The notes under the pieces are model-generated. The model had not been told where the DNA came from. It saw nothing but the letters and a program-made list of their open reading frames with translations, and ran no database searches. A stretch of 64,000 bases of DNA, from assembly GCA_051294375.1 (NCBI GenBank), contig CM119269.1:15263918-15327917 (forward strand), in the 5' to 3' direction. A program made the position numbers and the translations under genes. Positions within the stretch are counted from its first letter, which is position 1; the number at the start of each line of letters is the position of its first letter. Below, in pieces: positions 49,426-64,000 of the stretch. The stretch is from Paraspadella gotoi. Its lineage: Eukaryota > Animalia > Chaetognatha.

Positions 49426-50387
49426 CGACGACGATGTTACTGTCCAGAGGGAGAAGGCATTCTCCAGTGGGTGTGGAAGATGACGGCATCGTGGAAAAAA
49501 GGGAACCATTGAATGCTGGAAGGAAAGGAGGCTGGATTAAGTGCGACGAAACTTAAAACTTTTTTACCACATAAATTTAATTTTTCCTTTTATACTAATG
49601 AAACGATTTCTACAGTAACTTTTTGAACTAGTTTATTATGTTGTTACACTGAAGTAACTAAATATTTAATAATATTTCTTGATATTTAAAAATGAATACA
49701 ATCATTTTGGGATAAATTTTAATTTACTCCCGGTATTCGATAAAAACAAAAATTACACATTTTCGCAAAAATGTTGACGTTTTGTATTAATGAAATGATT
49801 TTTAAAGGCTTCTCTAAAACTATCTTTACTCTAGCATTCGTATTCACTTTAACCGTTATCTATGTGAGAAGAACTTGAGGTAGAACAATTGAGGGAAAAA
49901 AAACAAATATCGAATTGCGGAATATCGAGAGGAAAAGATAAAAGGATTAAATATTAAATATTAAATATTAAATTGAATTATTAGATAAATAAAACATTTT
50001 TAAAAAAGAAAGCAATATATTTTGAATAAATAATATAGATTAAATACTAAATCCTTCATAAAAATATTAAAATAGAAAAATGAAAAATAGTGAAACAAGT
50101 AATTTGCAAATTTTCATATTAAACTTTCTAATCCGGGATCGCTCTCCCACGTAACTAAAGAGGAAGGGGAAGAAGAGATCAAAAGAAAAACTATTCAGTT
50201 TCGATCTTCGCTGACAGCGACTGTGAGCAGAGGCGCCCTCTTTCCTTCTAAAACGTCATTGAACAAAATCATATTTATCTTCGCGTTTTGAAGGCGAAAT
50301 CCTGTAGAGGGCGCTCGATCGCGCATCGATTCGTGGGAACGAGGCGAAAGTGGTTAAGATGGAGGGATTCGAAGACAACGACGACGC

Positions 50388-50420
<33 letters not shown>

Positions 50421-50574
50421 ACGCACTTCACGCCCCGCGGCGGTTTGTCTCTGTCTCTGTCAGCTTTGGTCCTTTTCTCTCTCTTTTCTTCCCTGCTTTT
50501 CCCTTCATCCCTTTCTGTCTGTCTGTCGTTGTCTTTCTACGCGTCTCTCTCTCCGCTCTCTCTCTCTCTCACTC

Positions 50575-50626
<52 letters not shown>

Positions 50627-51365
50627 TTGTTTTGCCTTTGGGAAATAACCGGCTTACTTTTTCCGTCCCCCCCGCGCCGCCCCCCCCCCCGCCCCCCCTA
50701 GAAAAAGTTACCGAAAAAAGTATTTTCGATGAAGGTCTTTTCTTTTTCTTTTTCTCTTTCTTTTTCTTCTTTCTTCTTCTCATCTTTTTCTCCTTCTTCT
50801 CCTTCTTTCTTCTTCTCATCTTTTCTCTTTTTTTCCTTCTTCTTCTTTTTTCTTCTTCTCGTCTTTTTTCTTCTCCTTATCCTTCTTCCTCTTTTTATTT
50901 TCAATCTTATGCTTTTTCTTCTTTTTTTTTTCATTTTCTACTTCTTAACCTTCTTCCTTTTTTTTTAAATTTTATTTCTTTCTTATCCCAAATTTCCTTC
51001 TCCTTATATTCTACTTCACCTTTTATTCCTTTTTTTCCCTTTTTTCATTTTTCCTCACTCTCCTTTTTCGTCCTCCTTTTTTTAGAAACGACGCCGGCGG
51101 CGAAAGAAAATCCAAAATGGCCGAATTTTTTGTGGGTTTTTTTTTAGACGAAAGAGTTTCGAGAGGCAGACGACGACGACGACGACGTCTTGTTGCAAGG
51201 AACAACGACAACTACAACTTGGTCTAAAAAGACAACAACGACGAAGACGACGACGACGACGACTACGAGGAAAAGCTCAAGCTTTTTTTGTGGTGGAATT
51301 TTGCTGATTTCGTCGAAAGGAAGATATTTTGAGAAAAAAGGACAAAAGGATCATGATGATTATGC

Positions 51366-51410
<45 letters not shown>

Positions 51411-54089
51411 GGATGATGATTATGATGATGTTGACGATGGTGATGATGATGAAAGGAAAGCTTTGCGTTTCTTTTCCCTTCGTTCCATGAATTTTTGAGC
51501 TACTTTTCTACTTGTATTTTTTCCATTTAGTCTGCCATCTTGAAATCTAAAGATCTAAAGATTTATGTTATAAAAAATATATTGCGAACATACACTGACA
51601 GTGATAAACAAGAAACATAAACATTGGGATAGATTGTGGAAACAACAAGTGCAAGCGAACTGAAGGGATGAAAGGAGAAATCTGATGACCCAGTAGTTTT
51701 TTTTAATATATTCTTATACCAGCCAATGTAGAATGATGGCAATCTTGATATTGTTAAGTTTCATATAAATATAGAAAATATTAATAAAAATCTTTGAAAA
51801 ATCCACCCATTTTTTGAAAGTTTTTCGCCATATTAGATTTTCACCGAATCTAACTTCTGGTTGAAAACTCTTAATTTTTCTCAGCGGCGTTTATAAAGTT
51901 TTGGTAGTCATATTCGAAAGAAAATATACGTTGATTGAATATTCTTTAACCTCTTAGAGCGACGTAGACTCCAAGCTGATCGTAAGCAAAGAAAAACTTC
52001 CATTTATCGTTTTTGTTTAAAAGACTAATTAAAAATATTAAAGTGTAGTTTTTTAAAAAATATTTTGTGAGAAAAAAAAACGAAACCATTGGAAACTCTA
52101 CCGCGTTATCTTTCCTCGTTAATATTCTTAATTACTTGGTTTTTTTAAAAATAACATATTATTAAAAAAAAAATGATATTGACTGGATTTTATTTCCGTC
52201 TTCGCTTTTCCTCGTAAATCTTTAGAAAACAAAGAGCTCTCTCTCTCTCTCTCTCTCTCTCTCNNNNNNNNNNNNNNNNNNNNNNNNNNNNNNNNNNNNN
52301 NNNNNNNNNNNNNNNNNNNNNNNNNNNNNNNNNNNNNNNNNNNNNNNNNNNNNNNNNNNNNNNNNNNNNNNNNNNNNNNNNNNNNNNNNNNNNNNNNNNN
52401 NNNNNNNNNNNNNNNNNNNNNNNNNNNNNNNNNNNNNNNNNNNNNNNNNNNNNNNNNNNNNNNNNNNNNNNNNNNNNNNNNNNNNNNNNNNNNNNNNNNN
52501 NNNNNNNNNNNNNNNNNNNNNNNNNNNNNNNNNNNNNNNNNNNNNNNNNNNNNNNNNNNNNNNNNNCGCTGCCGCCGCCGCCTCGTCGCCGCCTCAGCCG
52601 CTGCCGCCGACGAAAAGAATGACGACGTCGCCGCCGACGAGGTCGACCGCGCCGACGACGACGACGACGACGACGACGCAGAAAAAAATCTCTGGAAATC
52701 TCGGAAGAAAAGAGTCGAACGAGGGAAAGAGAAAGACGAGGTAGAGGGAGAGAGAGAAGAAGAGGGAGAGAGAGAGAGTGAGACGAAGAATGAGAATGAG
52801 CAAAAGTGGGGAGTAGACTGTAAACTCCTCAGTGTACAGGGAGAAAAAGAAAGAAAGAGAAGTGGGCCATGAGCGAGAGAAAGAAAAGAAAAAGAAAAAG
52901 CTGGAGGAGAGAAAAAGAAAAAGGCCCCCCCAAAAAAGAAGAGAATTAAGGAAGAGGACCGAAAGTGAGGAAAGTGTAAGAGTGAAGTAAGGAAAAGCCA
53001 AGGACATTCGCTGAAGAGTCGCAAACGAAATGAAGGGAGGAAAGGAAAAAAAAAAGGAAAGAGAAAAAGCTTTCCGTTTCTCCCTTTTTCGCCGAAGCGC
53101 CGGTTTCAAGGTCGTCGACAATGGCTCGCTTCGAGACTCTCTCTTCTTTCGCTCCCCTCTCTCCTTTTTTCCATTTAGTCTTTTCCTTTTTTTTTCTTTC
53201 TCTCTTTTGCCCCACCCCCCCTTGCATCCCACGAGAGACGGAGACGGTGGAATTGAATATTCCCCCCACTCCTCACAAGTTCACCCACCGCATCGATAAT
53301 AATGAAAAAATGTCGTAAAATTTCCCTGGTGAGGGTGAAAATGATACGCTGAGGTCGTAAAGTTGCCTTTTGAGTGAGAGACGAAAGTTATGGGGGGGGG
53401 CGAGTGAATAGACCGAATAGACGAATCTCCCTACGAAGCTTTGACTGAAAATCACCGAGGACAAGATTCTCGGCATAAATTCGGAGACTTTTCCCCAAAG
53501 CGGACGAAGGGGGAACGAGGGGAAGAGAAAGGGATGACGGGAAGTGGAAGATAGAAAGCGGAAGGAAGGAAAGAGGAAATCAGGATTTATGGATGGACGT
53601 GAAAGACGGGAAGTAGAGATGGAAAGTGAGAGAACAGAAAGCAAGAGGATGGAAGAGAAAGACGGGAGTGGAAGATGGAAAGTGAGAGGACAGAAAGCGA
53701 GATTGAGAAACAAGATGGGAAGTTGGAAAACGGAAATTGAAAACCACATAGCTACAATAGCGGAAGATGGAATGGAGAAGTTGAAAAGCGATGGACGTGA
53801 AGTGAAGATAGAAAAGAAGGGAAAGGAAAAGCGGGAGAACGGGAAGCGGAGAACGCGAGTGCGAGGACGAGTTGGGGTCATAAAACCATCGAAAGAAGAT
53901 CCGGTCCCTCGTAAATACCGACGAGGCCGATGAAGGCGCGCGGGCGTACGACATCGTTTTCGAAAGGATTCGCACGCGAGACAGCTCCACCACACACACA
54001 CAATAGAAATGTGGACTTTTACGATGACGTGGCGTCCAAATTTAATTATCATAGAGATTAGAGGAGGGAGGAAAAAATCTCGTTTTACT

Positions 54090-54257
54090 TCGTCTCGACG
54101 CCCTCGGCTGAGACGTTGGAATCCGGCTGCATCCCGGCGTCGAGGTTCTCCCTTGCTGCTGCGACTGCTGCGCCGACTGGTCTTGCTGCAGCTGCTGCTT
54201 CGACGCTTTTGTCGCGTTGACCTCGATCTCTTCGCGACGAACGAGAAGATGTCTCCT
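54090..54257 (-). CDS. Possible internal exon of an unidentified gene
   Basis: GC-rich block bounded by ttatccag| and |gtaaaa. All three frames are open, so the product cannot be assigned. Confidence 0.25.
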
Positions 54258-54432
54258 GGATAATAAACAAAAAAACAACCTAAAATAAGCCTTCCTGTTT
54301 TGTTTACACCGGGGGGAAAAAAACAAACGAGCTATGTCAGGAAAATAAATCATCTTCCTTCATCGACGACGACGATCGACGACGACGACGACGACGTACA
54401 CAGGGGAACGAGTTCATTTTGCGTGAGGTATT

Positions 54433-54468
<36 letters not shown>

Positions 54469-54943
54469 TTATTATTTATTTATTTATTTATTGATTTATT
54501 GATTTATTGTTGATTGATTGATTTATTGATTGATATATTTAGTTTAAGGAATTAAGATGGTAGTTAAGGGGGAAATTCATTATAGCGTATGCAAAACAAA
54601 AAAGGATTATGTTCTTATTCAGTAAGACCCCCCCCCCTCCATGACGGAAATGATAATTGATAATTAGGCCTTAAGACTTGGACACAACTTGACCACTCAC
54701 TGACAAGCAAACATTGTAACGGAACGGGGCGAGCCCTCACTCTCGCCTTACCAATGCCGACCCTTCAACCCTTCAACACTTCAACCTGCTTGGGTCAAGC
54801 TTAATGAGGAAGACGACGAAGAAGACGAGATAATAGGCGACGACGAAAACGACGACGACAACTTTCCCCTTCTCTATCTCTATCTCTATCTCTTTCCTCT
54901 CTATCTCGATGCGTCATTCATATCGTCGACTCAGCGGAAAAAA

Positions 54944-55019
<76 letters not shown>

Positions 55020-55294
55020 ATGGTCTTCGTCCCGTGATCGGTCAAATCTAAAAGAGGGAAAAGGCGATGAATTCTGAATCATCATCAATCGAGAATCGAA
55101 TTTGAGTTTCGGTTTCCGATTCCACTCGACGGTCAATGATGGAATCGACCGGCCACCGACTTCCCGCCCAATCGAATGAGCTTCATAAGGAACTCAAGAA
55201 CGAACGAACGAACGAACGAACGAACGAACGAACGAAACAATCGACCGAACGTCCTTCGTCTTTGTCCTTGACGCGTTTTTCATCGTCTCTCTCT

Positions 55295-55403
<109 letters not shown>

Positions 55404-55704
55404 TCTCTCTTCTCTCTCTCTCGGGAATCCTTTCCGTCCTTGGATTCTTCTTTTCGATCGCACGATTTAAAACTCGTGACGTCGTCTCTCGACCGTCTGA
55501 GGTGCTACCGGTATCACTCCCGCTCCACCAGCAGCTATCTTACTGTCTTTTTCGCTCAAGGCTGCCCTTAGCCCCCACTCTGTCCTCTCTTCCTCAATCC
55601 CTATCTGTCATTTCTCCGCATTCTTTGCAAATCAAGTTCTCTCTCTCTTTCTTTTTTTTATTTCTTTCTTTCTTTCTTCTTTCTTTCTTTCTTTCTTTCT
55701 TTCT

Positions 55705-55738
<34 letters not shown>

Positions 55739-56137
55739 TCTCCAGCCCATGTCTTTCCTTGTCCCCCCCATCTTTCCCTCCCGTTTTCTCCAAACCTCCC
55801 CCCCCACCATAGACGCTCTTTTCGAGGCTCAGATCGAATCGGCGACTCACAATCCATATTCAGAAATCGAATCCCAGCGCGGTCCTCGCCGGCCGAGCTG
55901 GCGGCTCCGATGAGGGAGTCGGTTGGTTGGCCTCACAATCGAGCTTAAATGCCACGTCCTCAAGTACTACGGCACAGTGGCCAAACCTCTTTGGTTTCAA
56001 TTGAAAACTTCAAATAAGATTTAGAGGCCTTGTGGCTTTTTGCCCAGCAATTTTCCGTGAAAGCTCCATTTTAAAGATCAAAGCCTTCAAGATTTCACGC
56101 TTTGCTCGTATACTTAACGTCCTCCATCCAACGAAGA

Positions 56138-57944
56138 ATATTTTCTCTGAGATTTTTACTTTCGCCAATTTTGGTCGCCTCATTTTTTTCCCCGCGCTTT
56201 AGTCAGTTTTTCATCCCCTTCGCTTTATGTTATTCGCAGTGTCCATTCATAATTTTAATAGCAAATATTGTTAAGCCATTCCCGTCATTAACAAATATAA
56301 TCGTGTTTTTTATTTTGTCATTAATTTTTTTTTAAATTTCAAAGAGGTTGAATTAATATTTGCCTCAGAACTCGGGAGAACGAATGGGCGTTCGCAAACG
56401 CGGTTCGCAACCACGACAGCATCTGATGGCATCGCGTTTCGCAAAAGGTTCGCATCGTGATCGCCACTTGCATCATCGCCATCGACAAAACTCAAATCCG
56501 TCACGTTCTGGGTCACGTGACTCTCGACGCGTTTTTCTTTTGTGCGGCGGATTGGCACAAAGCGTCCTCCCCAATTCTATCCTCTTCCTCTTCCTCCTCT
56601 CCTCCTCCTCCTCCTCCTCCCCCTCTTCCTTCTTCCTTTGCTATCCGTTCAAACGTGCCGTCACCAATCTCTATTTATCCATCCGCTCATACGATATTAA
56701 TAAAAAGGTATAAGGCAATAATTATCAAATATTTATTCATTCAATAAATAAACCATCTTGGCATTTAATTTAATTTGACTTTTCTATCTAGTGATTCAGT
56801 CAAGTTTTTCAATTATTGATATTACAAATCGTACTATGTTATATGTATATTTTTTCTTATTCCCTTTTTTCTCATTGAATCATTCCTTCAGTTGATATAC
56901 AAAAACATCTCAAATAACCAAATACTAACCCTCAACTGCGTAACTTGATCCTTCACATCCGGGACATAACTGGCTCCGAGTGAATCCGAGGTCTCTCTCG
57001 TTCACCTTCTTCTTCATTCTTCGATCTTTGTGTGTTCTTAAATTCCGATTCCATATAAAAACAACACGCACCGTAAACTCTCCTTTTTTTTTTTTCTTTC
57101 GACCGTTCCGGTTTCTTATTCTCACCTTATTTCTAAGCCCGGATGTAAAGGGTCTCTCTCCGAACCGCGGATCTTGTTCACTCATCCCCCGGATGTAACT
57201 GAATCAATTCGGGTAAGCGGAAAGTAGCTCTCTCTCGAGCCGGTAGCGGCGACTGAGTTCGCCATCTAAACATAAAAAGATTCGGGCTACAAATCTCCGA
57301 CACCTCCCATCCCCGCCCCCCCCCCAACTCCATTTATAAACAAGGAACGGCGAATCCGAGGCTTTGTGCGTAGAATCATTGATGTAATAGTAATTGATTA
57401 TTGATGTATAGCATTTTTGATTATTGATGTAATAGTAATTGATTAAATATGATATTTTTTCTGCCCGTAATTTTTGAAAGTATTTACGTGACGAGAGAGA
57501 ATGAAAGATATGTCCAGAAAGTTTGCCCAAGTATTTAAACCTATGAGGGACAGATTGACGGACTGACTAAAAAACGTATTAACTGTTTAACCGACCGGAC
57601 CGACCTACACCCAAGTTTCTTTTAGTCGCGAGTACTCGCGCCCAAGTAAAAAAAAAAAAGGAAGAACTCATATTCTCTCCGTTCGCTTCGATCGGTTGTA
57701 TCTTCCGTCTTTCTGATAAAATGATAAAAATGATGGAAAAAAAGACGAGAAAGAGCGAAAAATGTGGATCGAGAACTGAAAAGAAAAGAAATTCACTTTT
57801 TTTTTGGTCCTTAATACAAAAAAACACTATCTACTATATAGTATATATCTCTATATTTAATCATAATTCGGCCGAGAAAAAAAAGTCAACTTTGGAATCC
57901 GTTGTCGATGTTCACCTTTTCGACAGTGCGATCTGACATCGTCG

Positions 57945-58007
<63 letters not shown>

Positions 58008-59288
58008 CATCGGTTATACAGTGTCGTCTTCCGTCCCCCGTCGTCATCGCTTTCGCTTTGACAACCGAAATGAAAGCGAAAAAATTCCCTTTCTCGATTT
58101 TTTTTCATTCGACGATGAAAACGAGCAGAGAGAAAAAAAAAGCCATTGTGTTCAAGTCAGGTTGATTTTTTTTATTAATTATCTGATCTTTTTGAATTGC
58201 TCCTAACGATTTAAATGGGAAGAGCAAGCACGCAAGTAAGCAGCACGCAAGCAAGCGCGAGAGATCGTTCAGATCGAAATCGACAGAAGTCGAGAACATC
58301 GATGTTATCGACCCAGATATAGACCAGACGGAAAAATGGCCGGAACGGCGATAATGGCCGGAAATGGTCAGCTAAGCCAACAATGACCGGAAATGGAGAC
58401 AAAAGCCGGAAACGGACGACAATGGGCGGAATGGCGATAATGGTCAGCTAAGGCGACAATGGCTAAGTCGGACCAATGGCCGGAAATGGCCCGACAATGG
58501 GCCGGGAATGACCGACAATTGGCGGGAATGGCTGACAAAGGCCCGAAATGGTCAGCAAAGGCTTACAATGGCCGGAAATAGCGACAAAAGCCGGACAATG
58601 TGCGGAAGTGGCCAAAAATGTTCTTCAATGGCTCATATCATCCCTCATCCCATGAAAAAATCAGAAGCAATTTACTTTATCATCCGACTTCATCGCTGAT
58701 AGGAAGAGAAAATATCGAGAGTGGTTTCTCGCGTGAAGAGGCAAAGTTATGAGATCGAAAATGATCGACAAAAAAGGAAACATAAAAGCCAACCGGTAAA
58801 ACAGTTACAAAGATCACAACGAAGGAATGAAATGAAAATGAAAATGAATGAAAAATGAATTTTTACATATAGCTGTGATAAGTAATTTTAAAAAAAGAAA
58901 TATATATAATAATATGAATTAATGGTAAAAAACCTTTATGAAATATAAAAATAGAAAATAGTGAAACAAATAATTTTGCATCATGAACGGGAAAAAGAAT
59001 TAACTGGTTGGTCAGGTTTGGTGATCGAAGTTGTAAAGTTGTTGTTGTTGTTGTTTAGACCGCTAAAACATCCGTGTATTTTAGGTTTATGCATGACAAT
59101 AGTTTCATTGTACCCAACACCGGCATCGCCGCCGCCGCCACCGCAGCCGCCGCCGCCGACAATTCCGGCGCCCGAGCACGAACTCGGCAACGTATTCCGC
59201 CTCTACAGAATCTTTCTTCTCTAATCAACTTATCACTGGAGAAAAAATTGAAAAGTCTGCAAGCCGAGCCACTCGGGAATGGAAGGAC

Positions 59289-59345
<57 letters not shown>

Positions 59346-59754
59346 AGAGAGAGAGGAGAGAGAGAGAGAATGAGAAAGGAAGATGGCGCGTTCGCTCTCT
59401 TCTTTCTTTTCGTTCTTCTCTTTCTTTCTTTCTTTCTTTCTTTTCTTCTATTCTCTGTCTTTCGCACTCTCTCTCTCTCCTCGAACGGTAACGGAGAGAA
59501 AACAAGAAATTTTTTTTAAAAATCGAACCTTTTTTAAGAGGTTTGTTTTGTTCTCGACGCCATCTTGAACGCGGTGGCATGGAAACGGATTCGATCGAAG
59601 ACGCCGACGACGACGAAGATGAGGGTCTGAAGAGCAAGAAATAAATCAGCATAAAAAGTAATAAATAAATGTCAAGCGAAGACGGAAAAAGAATTAAATC
59701 CAATCGAGAGACAGACAGAGAGAATCGATAAAGAAAAAGATCGTAGATAGATAG

Positions 59755-59799
<45 letters not shown>

Positions 59800-59934
59800 G
59801 ATCAGATAGATAGATAGATAGATAGATAGATTGATAGACGAATAGATAGATAGACGAATAAAAAAATAGGAAAAAAATTGTCGACGGTACGAAAAGTCAA
59901 AAGGGGTTAAGACAGAGAGAGGAAGAGAGGGAAG

Positions 59935-59974
<40 letters not shown>

Positions 59975-59979
59975 AGAGA

Positions 59980-60013
<34 letters not shown>

Positions 60014-60197
60014 GAAGAAGAGAGAGAGGTGACATAAAGAAGCGTGAAGAATGAAAGTGGAACGATCCGATGTTGAAAGAAAAGAAAGAAGAAGGCCAAA
60101 AGAGACAGAGATAAAAAAAGAAAGAAAAAAAAAAGAAAATCGCAAGTCAACGTAAGGGGCGAGGAACGTCGGNNNNNNNNNNNNNNNNNNNNNNNNN

Positions 60198-60234
<37 letters not shown>

Positions 60235-62096
60235 CGATCTTTTTCTTTATCGATCTCTCTGTCTGTCTCTCGATTGGATTTAATTCTTTTTCCGTCTTCG
60301 CTTGACAATTTATTTATTACTTTTTATGCTGATTTATTTCTTGCTCTTCAGACCCTCATCTTCGTCGTCGTCGGCGTCTTCGATCGAATCCGTTTCCATG
60401 CCAACCGCGTTCAAGATGGCGTCGAGAACGAAACAAACTCTTAAAAAGGTTCGATTTTTAAAAAATTCTTGTTTTCTCTCCGTTACCGTTTCGAGGAGAG
60501 AGAGAGAGTGCGAGAGAGACAGAGAAAGAAAGAAAAAAAGAAAGAAAGAAAGAAAGAAANNNNNNNNNNNNNNNNNNNNNNNNNNNNNNNNNNNNNNNNN
60601 NNNNNNNNNNNNNNNNNNNNNNNNNNNNNNNNNNNNNNNNNNNNNNNNNNNNNNNNNNNNNNNNNNNNNNNNNNNNNNNNNNNNNNNNNNNNNNNNNNNN
60701 NNNNNNNNNNNNNNNNNNNNNNNNNNNNNNNNNNNNNNNNNNNNNNNNNNNNNNNNNNNNNNNNNNNNNNNNNNNNNNNNNNNNNNNNNNNNNTCTCTCT
60801 CTCTCTCTCGTCCTTCCAATTCCCGATTGGCTCGGCTGCAGACTTTTCAATTTTTTTCTCCATTGATAAAGTTGATTAGGAGAAGAAAGATTCTGTAGAG
60901 GCGGAAGTACGTTGCCGAGTTCGTGCTCGGGCGCCGGAATTGTCGGCGGCGGCGGCTGCGGTGGCGGCGGCGGCGATGCCGGTGTTGGGTACAATGAAAC
61001 TATTGTCATGCATAAACCTCAAAATACACGGATGTTTTAGCGGTCTAAACAACAACAACAACAACTTTACAACTCGATCACCAAACCTGACCAACCAGTT
61101 AATCTCTTTTTCCCGTTCATGATGCAAAATTATTTGTTTCACTATTTTCTATTTTTATATTTCATAAAGGTTTTTACCATTTAATTCATATTAATTATAT
61201 ATATTTCTTTTTTTTTAAAATTACTTATCACACTATATGTAAAAATTCATTTTTCATTCATTTTCATTTTCATTTCATTCCTTACGTTTGTGATCTTTGT
61301 AACTGTTTTACCGTTTTGCTTTTATGTTTCCTCTTTTTGTCGATCATTTTCGATCTTCATAACTTTGCCTCTTCACGCGAGAAACAACTCTCGATATTTT
61401 CTCTGTCAGCGATGAAGTCGGATTGATAAAGTAAATTGCTTCTATTTTTCATGGGATGAGGGATGATATGAGCCAATTGAAGAACATTTTTGGCCACTTC
61501 CGCACATTGTCGGCTTTTGTCGGCTATTTCCGGCCATTGTAAGCCTTTGCTGACCATTTCCGGCCTTTGTCAGCCATTCCCGCCAATTGTCGGTCATTCC
61601 CGCCCATTGTCGGCCATTTCCGGCCATTGTCCGACTTAGCCATTGTCGGCCTTAGCTGACCATTATCGGCCATTCCCGCCCATTGTCGTCCGTTTCCGGC
61701 CTTTGTCTGCCATTTCCGGTCATTGTTGGCCTTAGCTGACCATTTCCGGCCATTATCGGCCGTTTCCGGCCATTTTCCGTCTGGGTCTATATCTGGGTCG
61801 ATAACATCGATGTTCTCGACTTCGTCGATTTCGATCTGAACGATCTTCTCGCGCTTGCTTGCGTGCTTGCTTACTTGCGTGCTTGCTCTTCCATTAAATC
61901 GTTAGGAGCAATTCAAAAATGATCAGATAATTAAATAAACAAAATCTACCTGACTTTGAACACAATGCTTTTTTTTTTCTCTCTCGTTTTCATCGTCGAA
62001 TGAAAAAAAATCGAGAAAAGGGAATTTTTTCGCTGTCATTTCGGTTGTCAAAGCGAAAGCGATGACGACGACGGAAGACGACACTGATAACCGATG

Positions 62097-62171
<75 letters not shown>

Positions 62172-64000
62172 CGACGATGTCAGATCGACTGTCGAAAAGG
62201 TGAACATCGACAACGGATTCCAAAGTTGACTTTTTTTTCTCGGCGAATTATGATTAAATAATAGATATATATACTATATAGTAGATATGTGTTTTTTTGT
62301 ATTAAAGGACCAAAAAAAAAAGTGAATTTCTTTTCTTTTCAGTTCTCGATCCACATTTTTCGCTCTTTCTCGTCTTTTTTTCCCATCATTTTTATCATTT
62401 TTATCAGAAAGACGAAGATACAATCGATCGAAGCGAACGGAGAGTGAATATGAGTTCTTTCCTTTTTTTTTTTTACTTGGGCGCGAGTACTCGCGAAACT
62501 AAAAGAAACTTGGGTGTAGGTCGGTCGGTCGGTTAAACAGTTAATACGTTTTTTAGTCAGTCCGTCAATCTGTCCCTCATAGGTTTAAATACTTGGCAAA
62601 CTTTCTTGGACATATCTTTCATTCTCTTCTCGTCACGTTAAATACTTTCAAAAATACGGGCAGAAAAAATATCATATTTAATCAATTACTATTACATCAA
62701 TAATCAAATGCTATTACATCAATAATCAATTACTATTACATCAATGATTCTACGGCACAAAGCCTCGGATTCGCCGTTCCTTGTTTTTATAAATGGAGTT
62801 GGGGGGGGGGGCGGGGATGGGAGGGTGTCGGAGATTTGTAGCCCGAATCTTTTTATGTTTAAGATGCGAACTCAGTCGCCGCTACCGGCTCGAGGAGAGA
62901 GCTACTTCCGCGTTACCCGAATAGATTCAGTTACATCCGGGGGATGAGATGAACAAGATCCGCGGTTCGGAGAGAGACCCTTTACATCCGGGCTTAGAAA
63001 TAAGGTGAGAATAAGAACCGGAAACGTCGAAAGAAAAAAAAAAGGAGAGTTTACGGTGCGTGTTTTGATTTTTATATGGAATCGGAATTTAAGACTCACA
63101 AAGATCGAAGAATGAAGAAAGAAGGTGAACGAGAGAGACCTCGGATTCACTCGGGAGCCAGTTATGTCCCGGATGTGAAAGGATCAAGTTACGTAGTTGA
63201 GGGTTTAGTATTTGGTTATTTAGAGATGTTTTTGTATATCAACTGAAAGGAATGATTCAATGATAAAAAAGGGAATAAGAAAAAATATACATATAACATT
63301 GTACTATTTGTAATATCAATAATTGAAAAAACTTGACTAAAGTCACTAGGTAGAAGTCAAATTAAACGCAGATGCCCTGTATAAAATGCCAAGATGGTTT
63401 ATTTATTGAATGAATAAATATTTGATAATTTATTGCCTTATACCTGTTTTATTAATATCGTATGGAGCGGATGGATAAATAGAGATTGTGACGGCCACGT
63501 TTGAACGGGTAGCAAAGAGAAGAAGGAAGAGGAGGAGGAGGAGGAGGAAGAGGATATGAATTGGGGAGGACGCTTTGTTCCAATCCGCGTCACAAACAGA
63601 AAAACGCGCCGAAGAGGTCACGTGACCTCAGAACGTGACGGATTTGAGTTTTTGTCGATGGCGATGATGAAGTGCGATCACGATGCGAACCTTTTGCGAA
63701 CGCGATGCGATCAAGATGCTGTCGTGGTGCGAACGCGTTTGCGAACGCCCATTCGTTCTCCCGAAGTTCTGAGGCAAATATTAATTCAACCTCCTTGGAA
63801 TTTTATAAAGAATTTAAAGACAAAATAAAATAAACACGATTATATTTGTTAATGACGGGAAGGCTTAACAAATATTTGCTATAAATTATGAATAGACACT
63901 GCGAATAACATAAAAGCGAAGGGATGAAAACTGACTAAAGGCGCGGGGAAAAAAATGAGGCGACCAAAATTGGCGAAAGTAAAAATCTCAGAGAAAATAT
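56138..64000. repeat. Large inverted duplication (arms ~56138-59800 and 60198-64000, running off the window)
   Basis: The right arm is the reverse complement of the left arm, differing mostly by 1-2 bp indels. It begins immediately after a 25-N gap. Confidence 0.9.
58330..58620 (+). repeat. Degenerate ~10-bp minisatellite (AATGGCCGGA-like); mirrored at ~61490-61780
   Basis: Repeated AATGGCCGGA / AATGGCCGAC / AATGGTCAGC units. Confidence 0.8.

Noticed and set aside
49440-49500. HPLENAFSLW resembling the eIF4E N-terminal motif
   Set aside because: An isolated short match with no other eIF4E exons detectable.
55825-55935. HDV-like ribozyme candidate (CGG-TCCTCG-CCG, P1'-like CCGAGCT-GG, hairpin CGGCTCC/GGAGTCG)
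   Set aside because: No catalytic J4/2 C-N-A-A and no P2 3' strand after the hairpin; the L3/P1 register is also off.

Overview
Eukaryotic (invertebrate animal) genomic DNA with AT-rich introns, GC/CpG-rich exons and many (AG)n, (GAC)n and (GAT)n microsatellites. Three spliced genes can be reconstructed by hand from GT-AG junctions with consistent phases: (1) a minus-strand ensconsin/MAP7-like gene (~316-11961, probably continuing left of the window); (2) a 4-exon TAB2/TAB3 homologue (CUE, coiled coil, NZF; 22073-26043); (3) an 11-exon GPR22-like class A GPCR (28798-35995). The introns and intergenic DNA carry many small mobile elements: a 2.4-kb non-autonomous hAT-type element with 19-bp TIRs and an 8-bp TSD, tRNA-derived SINE-like families, a MITE with telomere-like internal repeats, a ~780-bp 17-mer TTAGGG-like array, and four minimal hammerhead-ribozyme motifs of the Penelope/retrozyme type, two of them in a tail-out inverted repeat. 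From ~40 kb onward the sequence is low-complexity and poorly assembled, with tandem duplications and a >=7.8-kb palindrome next to 25-N gaps; these are probably artefacts. Most ORFs in the supplied track are spurious. All protein family assignments rest on recalled motifs, not database searches.
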